Positions 18,040-28,237 are shown, counted from the stretch's first letter. The stretch is 57,375 nucleotides of DNA from Actinomycetes bacterium (GCA_023424135.1 JAFAEH010000150.1:1-57375); one strand, 5' to 3'. Translations and numbers: made by a program. The notes: generated by a model not told the origin, from the sequence alone.

Positions 18040-19008
18040 TCAGGGCCCGTGCGGGGCCCGCCTGGCGGGCGCCATCCCGCGGCCGGGGGCGTAGACGAAC
18101 TCCGCGTCGGCCGCCAGCACGGTCGGCACGGTCGGCATGGCGCGCAGGACGCCGCCTGTCGCTGCGAGGAGCTCGCGCTCGGCGGCATCGTCGGCCGTGG
18201 CGATCTCAAGGAGACTGCGGTGAGTGCTCAACTCGGCCAGCCTGAAGCCATACTCCCAAGCGCGCCGGTCCACCGCGTCACGCTGCGCGACCACGCCCGG
18301 GGGCAGATTCGTAGCCACCCACGACCCATCCGGCTGGCGGCTCAGTTGGGTCTGGTGACGCTCCATCTCACCGTCGCTCAGGGCGTAGATCGCCTGCACC
18401 TGTACCTCGGTCAGATCGCGTCCGCGGCCGGCGAGCTTGCTGCGGATGACGCGGCCGACCGTCCACGCGACGGCGACCTGTGCTGCGGCCGCGACACGCA
18501 GCCACGACCCGGCTTCCAGTGGGCCGATGTCGGGGACCTCGAGGTCCAGGTGCTCGCTCGCGAGCAGGATCGCCGGCACGCTGGCGAGCAGCGCGACGAA
18601 GGCAGCCAGCGCGACCGGGCTGCCGCCCTGATCCGCGGACGCCCAGCGGGCGCGGATGTGCTTGGCGACGCTGCCGAACGTCGGCTCCCCGGCGCAGGCG
18701 ACGAGCAGCAGCACCGTGATGGCCACCACCCAGCCCCACAGCGGCAGCAGCACGGCGGCGATCATCAGGACCAGCGAGACCCTGACGACGGCCGCTGCGC
18801 GCCGGTTCGTGCGTGCGCGCTCGTCCGCACCTGTGGCCGTCGCGACCTGGCGCCCACCACCAGTGATGCGCCGCACCAGGCCTGTGATCGTGCGGGCGGT
18901 GCGGTGCCACCGCGCGAGCTTGGCGACGATCCAGAGGATGGCGACGCCGATGACGACGGCCAGGACAGTGATGCCGATCGACCGGATCTGATCGAGGAGA
19001 TCGTTCAT
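18040..19008 (-). CDS. Multi-pass membrane protein
   Basis: About 5 hydrophobic segments; start overlaps the stop of the SH3 gene. Confidence 0.7.
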   Translation of the reverse strand: MNDLLDQIRSIGITVLAVVIGVAILWIVAKLARWHRTARTITGLVRRITGGGRQVATATGADERARTNRRAAAVVRVSLVLMIAAVLLPLWGWVVAITVLLLVACAGEPTFGSVAKHIRARWASADQGGSPVALAAFVALLASVPAILLASEHLDLEVPDIGPLEAGSWLRVAAAAQVAVAWTVGRVIRSKLAGRGRDLTEVQVQAIYALSDGEMERHQTQLSRQPDGSWVATNLPPGVVAQRDAVDRRAWEYGFRLAELSTHRSLLEIATADDAAERELLAATGGVLRAMPTVPTVLAADAEFVYAPGRGMAPARRAPHGP

Positions 19009-20138
19009 CAGATGCGCTCCTTCCGGCTGAAGAGCCTGGTGACGCGCGGGCCGAACGCCACGGCAGTGCCGAGGCCGACGACGAGGAGCGCAACGACACC
19101 CCACTGCTTGACCTCACGCAGCGGGTCGAGCTTGGTCTTGGTGTCGTCTGCCTTCTCGCTAGCCTTGTCGGTGAGTTCGTCAGTCTTGTACTTAATGTCA
19201 GACCACTCGTCCTTGGCCTTGTACTTGATCTCCTCCCAGGTGCTCGACGTCGGCGACGCGGACGGGTCATCGGTGGCGGCGAGGTCCTCCGCCTGTACCC
19301 ACATGACCTCGTCGTCCCACTCGACAGCGGTCCAGCCATCGACGAGCGTCTGCCCGACCATCAGCTCGGTCCCGGCGTCCACGGTCTCGACGACCTCAGC
19401 CCCGACGCTCGCCGGTACGTCGACGAGGTCGACATCGGTGCTCACGGTGCGCTGCGTGGCGCGCGCGAGCAGTGCGTCATCGTCGGGGGTCAGGTAGACA
19501 CGATCGGCGTAGGTCCAGCCCTCGAGGCTGCGGCCCACGACGCTGACGTACCGGAAGCCGGCGTTGTCACCGAAGAGCGCGGCGCCGCCGACGTCGCCCT
19601 CCTGGGTCGACTCGCTGGTCTGTACGGCTTCACCGGGCTCGACCTGACCGAGGCGCGGTGCCTGGGCGGTGGGGTACGCGAAGACGGGCGCGCTCTGAGA
19701 GAGAGCCGCGACAGCAGCGGACCCCAGGCCCACTCCGGTGGAGTGCGGCTGGGGCTTGATGCCGAGCCTGTCCAGGCGCGGCGCGTCGACGACCAGCGCG
19801 ACATCACCGCTGTGGACCCATCCCCACGTGCCGGCGTCGAGCTCCACCGCGTACCACTGGGTGCCAGTGGCCTCCTCGGTGATGGTCGCGCTGCTGCCCG
19901 ACACCTCGACGCCGACCTGCAGGGTGCCGACGACCGGCTGCTGGAAGCCAGGGTCTACCCGGACCTGCGCGGGCGAGAGCGCGATCAGGGTGGCGTCCAT
20001 GTCCGGCTGGGCGAGCACGTGGCCGTCAGCCTCAGCCGTCACGGCCGGGTTGGGAGCGGGCGCCACGGCCGCTGCCGTGGTCAGAGTGACGAGCGCAGCG
20101 GCGAGCGCGGCTGCGGTCAGGATGCGGGGTGTTCTCAT
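19008..20138 (-). CDS. Exported SH3b-domain protein with C-terminal TM anchor
   Basis: Signal peptide; three SH3b-like units (WY.V...GWVH, EGWTYA, GWTAV..MWV); C-terminal TM helix. Confidence 0.7.
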   Translation of the reverse strand: MRTPRILTAAALAAALVTLTTAAAVAPAPNPAVTAEADGHVLAQPDMDATLIALSPAQVRVDPGFQQPVVGTLQVGVEVSGSSATITEEATGTQWYAVELDAGTWGWVHSGDVALVVDAPRLDRLGIKPQPHSTGVGLGSAAVAALSQSAPVFAYPTAQAPRLGQVEPGEAVQTSESTQEGDVGGAALFGDNAGFRYVSVVGRSLEGWTYADRVYLTPDDDALLARATQRTVSTDVDLVDVPASVGAEVVETVDAGTELMVGQTLVDGWTAVEWDDEVMWVQAEDLAATDDPSASPTSSTWEEIKYKAKDEWSDIKYKTDELTDKASEKADDTKTKLDPLREVKQWGVVALLVVGLGTAVAFGPRVTRLFSRKERI

Positions 20139-20578
20139 GGGGTCCTCCGGCGGGTTGATGTGCGTCCGTCACTGGACGACATGCGCCGGACGTGCGGACG
20201 GCGCTGAGGTCGTGCCTCAGCGAGCTCGTCGACGGCCCGCCAGGCGGCCGTGTCGATGCGGCGCAGGGCGACCCGCGCCCCGGTCTCATCGGTCCAGATC
20301 TCGGTCAGCTCGGCGTCCCAGTCGACGTCCAGCACTGTCGCCATGCCGGTCCCGACCACCGGCGCGACGGTGACCGTGGGGGCAGCCGCATCGCCGCCGA
20401 TGAGGACGGTCAGGCTGCCCCGCAGGCCGAGCGTCGTGATGCGGATCTGCGCCGAACGCACGGCGACGGCGAGCAGGTCGGACAGCGTCGCGTCGACGTG
20501 GCGCTCGACGATGGCGAGCATGGCCGCGTGATGGGCCGCGAGAGCTGGGGTGGCGGGGACGAAGAGCGTGTCCGGCAT
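20135..20578 (-). CDS. Hypothetical protein
   Basis: AGGAGG RBS; ATGA overlap; RRPHVRR near the C-terminus. Confidence 0.6.
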   Translation of the reverse strand: MPDTLFVPATPALAAHHAAMLAIVERHVDATLSDLLAVAVRSAQIRITTLGLRGSLTVLIGGDAAAPTVTVAPVVGTGMATVLDVDWDAELTEIWTDETGARVALRRIDTAAWRAVDELAEARPQRRPHVRRMSSSDGRTSTRRRTP

Positions 20579-20781
20579 GGTGGCCTCCTGGGTGGTCGTC
20601 GTGTGGCGGTCTGGGCTCCTCACGAGCCCCTATTGAGAGGCTCTGTCAGTTGTGAAATCGCGTCTATGGGACTCGCGCCGTCAACGCTGCGCTCATGCAA
20701 CTGGATGCCGTTTGCGCAGGTCAGAACCCGCGTGTGGTCCGCAGCGGATGGTGAAAGACGATCCGCGGCGTGAAGGCCGCG

Positions 20782-21564
20782 TCAGGCGGCTACGAGCTCG
20801 CGGGCGGCCCGTGCGTCGCGCCAGACCGTCACGCCGCTGACGCGCAGGACCGCAGCGATGGCGGCGTCGTCCAGACCAACGAGCGGCTCGCGAAGCGCCT
20901 CGGCGATGACCGCACGGTCAGCCGGCTGAAGCCCGGCGGGGATCAGACCACTCAGGTGCAGGAGCTTCACGCGCGTGCCGAGCCGGGTGACCGGCACCCC
21001 GGCGCGGGCCTCCACCGCAGCGGCGAGGAGCTTGGCCAGGCCGCGCGCGCCGTAGCGGCCCGCGTAGCGCACCAGGTCGTGGGTCTCCGCCTGGGGGATG
21101 CGGGCGTTCGTCATCGTGACCGCGCATGCCTGCATCACGCGGCGAACGCCGGGGTGCGGGCGACGCTCGGCAGGCCGCACGGCCGCGATGCGCTCGGCTA
21201 CGTCGGCGCGGACGCTCGCGACGACACCGGCGACGATCCGCTTGAGCGTGCCGAGCGGCACGCCGGACGCGCTCGCGATCTCCGGCAGCGTCATGCCCCG
21301 GTTGCGCAGGACGGCGACGTGACGCTGGACGACCGCGACGTCGACCTTCTGCGGGCCGGTCCCGAGCTCGCGACGCGCACGGCGGCGGCGCTCGTAGGCC
21401 GCGTGGCGCGCCCGGTGTGCCTCCAGGTCGGTCACGACCCTGCGCGCGGCGCTCACGGCCGCGGGGTCAGCGCCGCCCGGGATACGGGCGAGCAGGTCGT
21501 TGTCGTTGGCGAAGAGGGCGCTGGCGATAGCGCGGTCCTCGCGTGTCAGGGTTGCTGCATCCAT
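20782..21564 (-). CDS. Multi-HTH DNA-binding protein
   Basis: GMTLPEIASASGVPLGTLKRI and DAAIAAVLRVSGVTVWR HTH-like motifs. Confidence 0.7.
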   Translation of the reverse strand: MDAATLTREDRAIASALFANDNDLLARIPGGADPAAVSAARRVVTDLEAHRARHAAYERRRRARRELGTGPQKVDVAVVQRHVAVLRNRGMTLPEIASASGVPLGTLKRIVAGVVASVRADVAERIAAVRPAERRPHPGVRRVMQACAVTMTNARIPQAETHDLVRYAGRYGARGLAKLLAAAVEARAGVPVTRLGTRVKLLHLSGLIPAGLQPADRAVIAEALREPLVGLDDAAIAAVLRVSGVTVWRDARAARELVAA

Positions 21565-21654
21565 GGTGTTCCCTCTCTTGACAAGCGGACATCGGTGTTG
21601 GGTTGGTGGCCGGCCGCTGGGGATCGACCTCGGGCCTCCCCGGCGGGCCGGGTC

Positions 21655-22470
21655 TCATGCGGCGGCTCTCGTGCTCGCGCGAGCTGTCGGCGTGCCTGTG
21701 CGGACCCAGGTCAGGCAGTCGCGGCAGCTGAGCAGTGCGTAGGCGGTGGTCTGCGCACGGGTGGTGCCTGCGCGGATCAGGCGGGTCCCGCCGCAGCTGG
21801 GGCATCCGTCGCGGTCGCCGGTCAGTAGTCCGACGTGTGCGGTGGCCGGTAGCCACGGCAGCAGGTGCAGGTAGAGCTGTTCGGTGAGTGCGACGTCCTG
21901 GCGGCAGTAGCGCGCCATGCGGGCCCATGACCGTGGGTCGCCGGCCATGCAGCCGCGCCACAGCTCCATGCCGCCGGTGTGCACCTTCGCCCCGAGCCCG
22001 AGCTCCTGGGCGACGAAGTCGAGCTTCGCGGACAGGGGGCGGAACCGGCGGCGCACGGTGCGGTAGAGGTCGATGTGCCGGCTGGGGGCTGCGGGTCCGA
22101 GACCGATGCGCGCGAAGTGCCAGCTCAGCACCTTCTCGTCGAAGCCGAGGCCGTTGTAGGTCACGACGGCGTCGGCGGCGCTGAGCGCGGCGTGTACCTG
22201 ACGGAGCATCGTCTCCTCGCCGTCGCGTTCGTCGACCCAGCTGACCTCGCGTTCGCCGAGCCACCTGTAGCCGACGCCGAGGACCCGTGACGGCTCGACG
22301 ATCTGTGCGAGACCGACGTTCTGATCGCGCGTGCCCCACACGAGAGCGGTCGCGGGCGCGCACTCGATGTCGTACGTGAGGATGCGGGCCGGCTTTCGCG
22401 CCATGCGGCGTCGGTTCGCGGCGGCGCGACGATGCGCGACCGTGGTCAGGTCCGAGACGACGGCGGTCAT
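21655..22470 (-). CDS. RNase H-like / DNA polymerase-type 3'-5' exonuclease with C-terminal Zn ribbon (phage-type)
   Basis: YDIE, YNGLGFD, HIDLY and YCRQDV motifs; CPSCG...CRDC. Confidence 0.85.
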   Translation of the reverse strand: MTAVVSDLTTVAHRRAAANRRRMARKPARILTYDIECAPATALVWGTRDQNVGLAQIVEPSRVLGVGYRWLGEREVSWVDERDGEETMLRQVHAALSAADAVVTYNGLGFDEKVLSWHFARIGLGPAAPSRHIDLYRTVRRRFRPLSAKLDFVAQELGLGAKVHTGGMELWRGCMAGDPRSWARMARYCRQDVALTEQLYLHLLPWLPATAHVGLLTGDRDGCPSCGGTRLIRAGTTRAQTTAYALLSCRDCLTWVRTGTPTARASTRAAA

Positions 22471-22739
22471 GGCGCCACCTCCGTGGTGTCGGCCGCGCGC
22501 ATGCGTCGGCGCTCCATGGCGGTGTGACCGCCCCGCACGAACCACCTGTCGGGGGTGGTGCTGGTGAGGTCGTCGGTCAGGCACGCATCCCGGACGGGGC
22601 AGTGCTGGCAGCCGGCCTCGATGACGAGGCGGTCGCGCAGCGCCAGGGTGGCGGGAGGTAGGTCTGCGGTGATCAGGTCGCGCAGCGGTGGCTGTGCGCA
22701 GACGGCCTGGGTGCTCCAGTGCTGGTCAGAACGTGCCAT
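22467..22739 (-). CDS. WhiB-family transcriptional regulator
   Basis: W..QAVC...CQHCPVRDAC...VRGG.T..ERR (four Cys; variant of the GVWGG turn). Confidence 0.8.
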   Translation of the reverse strand: MARSDQHWSTQAVCAQPPLRDLITADLPPATLALRDRLVIEAGCQHCPVRDACLTDDLTSTTPDRWFVRGGHTAMERRRMRAADTTEVAP

Positions 22740-25599
22740 CGCCGGGCACCTCCTCGGTCGTGGTGGTCTCGAGATCGATGCCGAGCTTCGCGACGGGGAC
22801 GATCCAGCCGCGCGGGCGGCTGGGGATTCCGACGGTGTTGTGGCGTACGTCGCGGCCACCGACGTAGCCGGCCGCGGTCATCGCGGCCTGCAGCTTGGCC
22901 GGGGCGATACCGAGCTGACCGGTGCGGATGGCTGCCGTGACGGCGCCGGGGGTGACGACCACGCTGGTGCGGTCGCGGCTCAGCCACCCCAGGAGCTCGC
23001 CACGGGGGACCCACAGCGCGTCGCGGCTGTCGTCGCGGTGCCATCCGCAGGCGGCGGGGCTCTGCGGGCGGGTTCCGTCATGGGCCTGGACGTAGGCGAC
23101 CCGACGCTCGACCTGGTCGGCCAGGACTGCCAGGACGCGAGCTGCGGGGTCTGCCTCGAGGTGGATGTGCTGGTTGCCGGTCACGAGCCGGCCCAGGGCG
23201 GGCTTGATGACGGCCTGCCATGAGGGCATGAGGTCCAGCACGCCGTGCTCGCGTGCCCAGCGCAGGAGCATCCGCCAGCCTGTGGAGACCACCGAGGCGG
23301 TTTCGCCTGCCCGGTCGGTGCCGAGGTGCTCCATCGACAGGCGCCACTGGTGCTCAGCGTCCTGGCGCAGGTGGAGCAGCGGGTCCTTGCCGGAGGCCTG
23401 GGCCTGGGCCATCAGCTGTGCGAGCCAGCGCATGTAGTGCGCCCACGCGGCACGGGCGAGCCCGGTGGCGCCGTAGGTCGCGTTGAAGTGGTCGACGGCG
23501 CCGCCCGCGGCGAGGTCGACGTCACCCTCGACGAGCTCGACGACGGCGACACGCTGCATCGTGGCGCCGTCGGGGTGGGCCTCCTCGCCGGTCATCAGCG
23601 CGACCGTGCTGATGGGCAGGCCACGGCGCATGCCGCCCTCGCGGGTCGCCTTGGCGTTGCTCGCACCGGTGTACGCGCCGCGTGCGAGCGCACCGAAGGC
23701 CCGCTTGACGCCGAGGTCGCCCTCATCGCCCGCGAGCTTGAAATCGTCGGCGAAGAGGGGGGCGTCGCGGTGCCAGGAGGCGACGGCCTTCGCGGCGGCC
23801 TCGGACGACCCGGGCAGGTCCAGCGCGAAGCTCGCAGGCCCGGTGCTGTTCCAGAACCAGGACGCCGCGCCGAGCAGGTGGCTCTTGCCGACCTTCGGGA
23901 GCGCCTTGGTCAGGACCGAGCAGCGGCGCGACAGCCGCAGCGGGGCGGCAGCCATGCCTCCGATCAGCGCGACCCCTGCCTCCGGGCGCTGGGGTGCCAT
24001 CGCGAGCAGCGCTGCGAACGCCTGCACGGCCTCGCGCAGCTCTGCCCCCTCGGCGACGTGGGTCCAGCCCGTCGTGCGCTGGGCGTCGGTGAGGGCGTCG
24101 TCGTCGGACCCGGCCGGTGGGCCGGCGGTGATCGCGTCGGTCGGCCCGTCGGCGGTCATCGACCCGGCGGGTGCTACGAAGGTCGGCCCGTGCTCGGGGT
24201 CGACCAGCCACCCGGTGGAGGTGAACCGGCGGCCAGGCACCTGGCCGGCGCCGTCAGCGCCCAGGATGCGCAGACAGTTCGCCACGTAGGCGCGGTGGGC
24301 GGGACGCTCAGGCAGCGCGACCGCCGCACCGGCGTAGTCGACAACCCTGGCTGCGTCGGTGCTCTCGGTCTCCGAGAGGTCATCGACGGACCAGCGGCGG
24401 CGGTCGGCCCGGATGATCTCGACCGCCCAGCGGGGGCGCACGCCGGTGACCGGTGCTGCGAGGCCCCGGGCGTCGATCTGGATCTGTGTCTCGTAGCGGG
24501 TGCGCCACGCGAGCCAGTCCGTGATGCGCTCGACGACGAGCACCTCGCGCTGCTGCTTCTCGTCCCACTTCTTCGAGCCGGCCCACAGCCCGTGCTCAGG
24601 GCCGCCGACGACTGCCATGACGCCGTCCTGCACGAGGATCTTGCGACCGGACCAGGCCGTCAGCAGGTCCGGCACGGTGACCCCGGCCTCGCCCATCGCC
24701 GTGGCCACCAGGTCGGCTGCGGGCTCGTCGATGAAGATCTCGTGCGCAGGAGGGGCGGCGTTGAGCAGGAGCGTCAGCGGGTAGAGCTGTCCAGTCGCGA
24801 GCTCGGCGGCCAGGTAGTCGTCCGCGCCGCGCTTCGGGTCAGCCTCGGTGGCCGGGATGCGCGGGATGTAGACGGTCGCGCCGTACTTCTGCAGGAGCTT
24901 CGCGGTCTTCCGCAGAGCGCTCTTGACCATCGCGTTCGTCATCGAGTCGGCGTCGAAGGCGAGGTACACGTCGCGACCACGCAGGGGCATCTTGGTGAGC
25001 CCCGGAGCAAGGCGCGGGTCGGCGCCGTCCTTTCCTGCGATGAAACCGAGCGTCACGCCGGTCAGGGTCACCGGGCATACCCGAAGGCCCTCACGGAATG
25101 CGGAGGTCAGCATCGAGTCGGCCTTTGCCTGACCCTCGGTGATGATGAGGGGGACATCCGTGTCCTCGAGCCAGTCCATTGCCAGCGGGTGCACGTCCGG
25201 TGGCAGCGTGCCGTCCTCGCGGTGCAGGCCCCCGGGGATGACGAACTTCTGCCCGGCCGTGGCCGGTGTCTCCAGCCGCAGCTGGAACGTCACGGGGAAG
25301 AACGGATCGTCGGATGTGGCGCTGTACAGGGGGATCACCATCGCCGAGTTACCCTCGGCGTCGACCGCCTTGCGGACCGCAGCGCTGTAGCCGCCGTGCT
25401 CGAGGTCAGGCAGCATCCCGGCCGACGTCGCGGTGTACAGCTCCCGTTCACGTGCCACCCGGGGCCCTACGGCCCGCACGCGCTGGTAGGCACGGTGCGT
25501 CTCCGACAGGCTCTGCGGCCAGTCGGCCTCGGTGCCGATGTCCTGCACCAGGCGTGGGTCCGGGACCATCCGGGCCGCCACAGTTACTGTTCCGGTCAT
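22726..25599 (-). CDS. Primase-helicase replication protein (DUF3854/TOPRIM plus DUF927-like P-loop helicase)
   Basis: IITEGQAKAD, YLAFDAD and GADDYL (TOPRIM); ALPKVGKS Walker A; FADDF Walker B. Confidence 0.82.
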   Translation of the reverse strand: MTGTVTVAARMVPDPRLVQDIGTEADWPQSLSETHRAYQRVRAVGPRVARERELYTATSAGMLPDLEHGGYSAAVRKAVDAEGNSAMVIPLYSATSDDPFFPVTFQLRLETPATAGQKFVIPGGLHREDGTLPPDVHPLAMDWLEDTDVPLIITEGQAKADSMLTSAFREGLRVCPVTLTGVTLGFIAGKDGADPRLAPGLTKMPLRGRDVYLAFDADSMTNAMVKSALRKTAKLLQKYGATVYIPRIPATEADPKRGADDYLAAELATGQLYPLTLLLNAAPPAHEIFIDEPAADLVATAMGEAGVTVPDLLTAWSGRKILVQDGVMAVVGGPEHGLWAGSKKWDEKQQREVLVVERITDWLAWRTRYETQIQIDARGLAAPVTGVRPRWAVEIIRADRRRWSVDDLSETESTDAARVVDYAGAAVALPERPAHRAYVANCLRILGADGAGQVPGRRFTSTGWLVDPEHGPTFVAPAGSMTADGPTDAITAGPPAGSDDDALTDAQRTTGWTHVAEGAELREAVQAFAALLAMAPQRPEAGVALIGGMAAAPLRLSRRCSVLTKALPKVGKSHLLGAASWFWNSTGPASFALDLPGSSEAAAKAVASWHRDAPLFADDFKLAGDEGDLGVKRAFGALARGAYTGASNAKATREGGMRRGLPISTVALMTGEEAHPDGATMQRVAVVELVEGDVDLAAGGAVDHFNATYGATGLARAAWAHYMRWLAQLMAQAQASGKDPLLHLRQDAEHQWRLSMEHLGTDRAGETASVVSTGWRMLLRWAREHGVLDLMPSWQAVIKPALGRLVTGNQHIHLEADPAARVLAVLADQVERRVAYVQAHDGTRPQSPAACGWHRDDSRDALWVPRGELLGWLSRDRTSVVVTPGAVTAAIRTGQLGIAPAKLQAAMTAAGYVGGRDVRHNTVGIPSRPRGWIVPVAKLGIDLETTTTEEVPGDGTF

Positions 25600-25770
25600 T
25601 TTTCGTCCTCGCTTCTGCGGGGTGTTCAGTCCCACATCGTTCTCGCGTCTCGTCGGCTTGTTCAGGGCCGCTGAGACGAGAATCCCTCGGATCGAAAAAC
25701 CGGTGTGTCGCATTGGGTCTAAACCGCAAATCTGAGGTATTGTGATGGCAAGAGCTCAGGAGGTGAGTTC

Positions 25771-27048
25771 ATGGCCAGGCTGATCGAGCAGCACCCCGAG
25801 GTCGCAGCGTGCGTCCAGCTCGTCCACGACGGACGGGCCGTGGATGAGCTGACCAGCGGCAGCGCCGTTCTCGTCGACGCCGCCTGCCCGGTGTGCGGGA
25901 CCCTGCGCGAGCGTGTGCGCGTGGCCGATCTCGTGCGACGTCCCCGGTGCCGCGCCTGCTCACCGCGCTCCACCAGGCGCCCTGACGCCCCGACCGGTGT
26001 CGCGCCGATGACGCTGCGTCAGTGGGTGCTGACCCGGATGGCCGACGCCGGCAGCGAGCGCCCTGGCCCGTGCCCGCGCTGCGATCGCGACGGGGGACGC
26101 GACGCCGGCCTGGTCATCGTCGGTACCCAGGGCGCGCACCGTGACGCCCTGCTGGACCGCCCCGGGTGCGCGCACCGCCCCCAGCGGGCATGGGGGATGC
26201 ACCTGCTGGCCGAGCTCGTCGACCGCGCAGCCGCCGAGCTGCCCGCCGGCAGCTCGCGCATCGTGGCCTGGTCATGTCGCCTGTGTGCGTACCGCTGGCA
26301 GGACTCGATCCGTCACCGCACCACCGACGGGCGCTCGTGCCCGCGCTGCACCGTCGTCGCGCAGCACCGCACGCTCGCGGTCCGGCACCGGCGTGAGCTC
26401 CCGCAGATCCTCGAGCGTGAACTCGTCGGGCTCGTCGTCGACGCTGACGGCGCACCGGTGACCGAGCAGGGAGCCGACGGCGACGACGACGCGGTCCGTG
26501 AGACCGCACCCGGGCAGCTGAAGCCCGACGACCCTCGCGTCGCGCGCTGGCGCTGCTCCTGCTGCGAGACCACCTGGGACCAGCCAGTCGCAGACCGCTA
26601 CGACCTCGCGACCGGACGTGCGGGCCGCGACGAGCTGCCTGGCTGCCCCCTGGCCGAATGGACCGCGCGCACCCGCCGCACGGACCCCCGGCTCGCGATC
26701 GACGGCCCCCACGGCCAGGGCAACCCCCACATGGGCCCCGTCACGCGACGAGTGCCACTCCTGCGCGAGCGCGCCTACGGCGACGACGTACGCACCCCGC
26801 GTCACGCCCGTGACGCGGTTGCGGCGCTGGCCGCCCAGCTCGCGGACGCGGCGCTCTCCAGGCAGAAGAACTCCGCGACCACCCATCCACGCGCTCGGGT
26901 CGCCTCGAGCGCCACAGCAGTCACGCGTGCCGCTCAGCCCCAGCCGGTGCTCGCACCCGACGGACGCCCCCTCCACGAGTCCTGGGCGGTGGAGCTGCGC
27001 GCGATGACTGCTGTCGACGCCGCTGCTGCACGCCGTACACACGCCTGA
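25771..27048 (+). CDS. Multi zinc-ribbon protein (DUF4379-like)
   Basis: Repeated W.C..C...W......R....CP.C units; AGGAGGT RBS. Confidence 0.7.
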   Translation: MARLIEQHPEVAACVQLVHDGRAVDELTSGSAVLVDAACPVCGTLRERVRVADLVRRPRCRACSPRSTRRPDAPTGVAPMTLRQWVLTRMADAGSERPGPCPRCDRDGGRDAGLVIVGTQGAHRDALLDRPGCAHRPQRAWGMHLLAELVDRAAAELPAGSSRIVAWSCRLCAYRWQDSIRHRTTDGRSCPRCTVVAQHRTLAVRHRRELPQILERELVGLVVDADGAPVTEQGADGDDDAVRETAPGQLKPDDPRVARWRCSCCETTWDQPVADRYDLATGRAGRDELPGCPLAEWTARTRRTDPRLAIDGPHGQGNPHMGPVTRRVPLLRERAYGDDVRTPRHARDAVAALAAQLADAALSRQKNSATTHPRARVASSATAVTRAAQPQPVLAPDGRPLHESWAVELRAMTAVDAAAARRTHA

Positions 27049-27068
27049 CGGGCTCTACAGCGCGGACC

Positions 27069-27342
27069 TGTCCATCTGTGTCCACCCGTGCCCAACCCGT
27101 GTCCAGTCGTTTTTGGCCTCTGACCTGCACAAACGCACTGTGTCCACTCTGTCCATAGAACCCACAGAGATTCCCATAGTGGGGGGAGAGAAGCGTAAAG
27201 ACAGACACTTACGCGCGAGAGAGAACTTCTATGGACACACTGGACACTACACGTACATATCTACGTTTACGCAGGTCAGAGGCTGTTTTTGGGGCGCAGA
27301 GGAGGTGGACAGTCACTGGACACAGGTGGACACAGATGGACA
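27069..27342. repeat. Inverted iteron array, putative replication origin
   Basis: Perfect 18-bp inverted repeat TGTCCATCTGTGTCCACC (27069-86 / 27325-42); multiple TGTCCA then TGGACA(C) iterons around an A-rich centre. Confidence 0.75.
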
Positions 27343-27533
27343 CTCCCCAGGCTGACGGCACCGCCGGTGCACGGCTACGCTTGAGCCAAGCGCACCGTCG
27401 GCCGGTCACGTTCGGCTGTTCACCGGACCAGCTCCCCTCGAGCCTCGCTTCTCGACGGGTCGAGCGCCCACCGGCCGGCGGACGCGCAGAGCGGCGCCGC
27501 CTGGCCCGTGTGCTGCAGCTGAACGGAGAGGGT

Positions 27534-28094
27534 GTGGCTGTGCCGCTCGTTGATGATGTCATCGCCGCACGTGCTGCCCTCCGTGGCTTGGAGGGGGCAG
27601 TCGCTCGTCACCTTCGCGATCGCGCCGATGCTCGCGACCCCCGCAGACTCGAGGTGGCCTTCGCCTCACTGGTTGAGAGCACGTGGTGGATCGCGTCACT
27701 CGATGGGCATCTGTGGCAAGAGGGCAAGACGCCCGAAGGGGAGCGGTACAGGCGGTTGCGCGACGGCGACACAGACGGTCGCTACGTGTCGGCGATGATC
27801 TGGGCGCGCGACCGGCACTATCACCAGTTGCCGTTCTCCGCCGAGGTCGACGAGACACCCTTCTTCGGCTCTCGCGGCGGGCCGCCTTTCCACATCAGTT
27901 CCGGACTCATCTGGCGCACCTCGGCGGAGCTGGCCGCGGACGGAGAGCGACGGTCGCCTGCCGGATCGCGGGAGGCATTCGACCGGTACGTCGCGGGCAA
28001 GAAGACAGGCGTAGCACTGTCGCACTGCCTGCAGTGGTTCCAGTCGCTCACCCAGCCGCCGCACGACTACCTGCCGGCGGTGGACGAAGGCTGA
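27534..28094 (+). CDS. Putative HEPN-like protein
   Basis: Helical protein with an Rx4H motif (ARDRHYH); GGAG RBS. Confidence 0.45.
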   Translation: MAVPLVDDVIAARAALRGLEGAVARHLRDRADARDPRRLEVAFASLVESTWWIASLDGHLWQEGKTPEGERYRRLRDGDTDGRYVSAMIWARDRHYHQLPFSAEVDETPFFGSRGGPPFHISSGLIWRTSAELAADGERRSPAGSREAFDRYVAGKKTGVALSHCLQWFQSLTQPPHDYLPAVDEG

Positions 28095-28237
28095 ACTGGT
28101 CCCTAGAAGATCGACGCGGCATTACCTGGCGACGGCCGGCGTCGAGGTGCGTGATGTCACCCGCGTGTCGGCGACCATGATGTGGCGGGTCACCTCGCTA
28201 GGGTGACTGCAGCTCAGGTCGTGGCTGGGGGGTGAGA

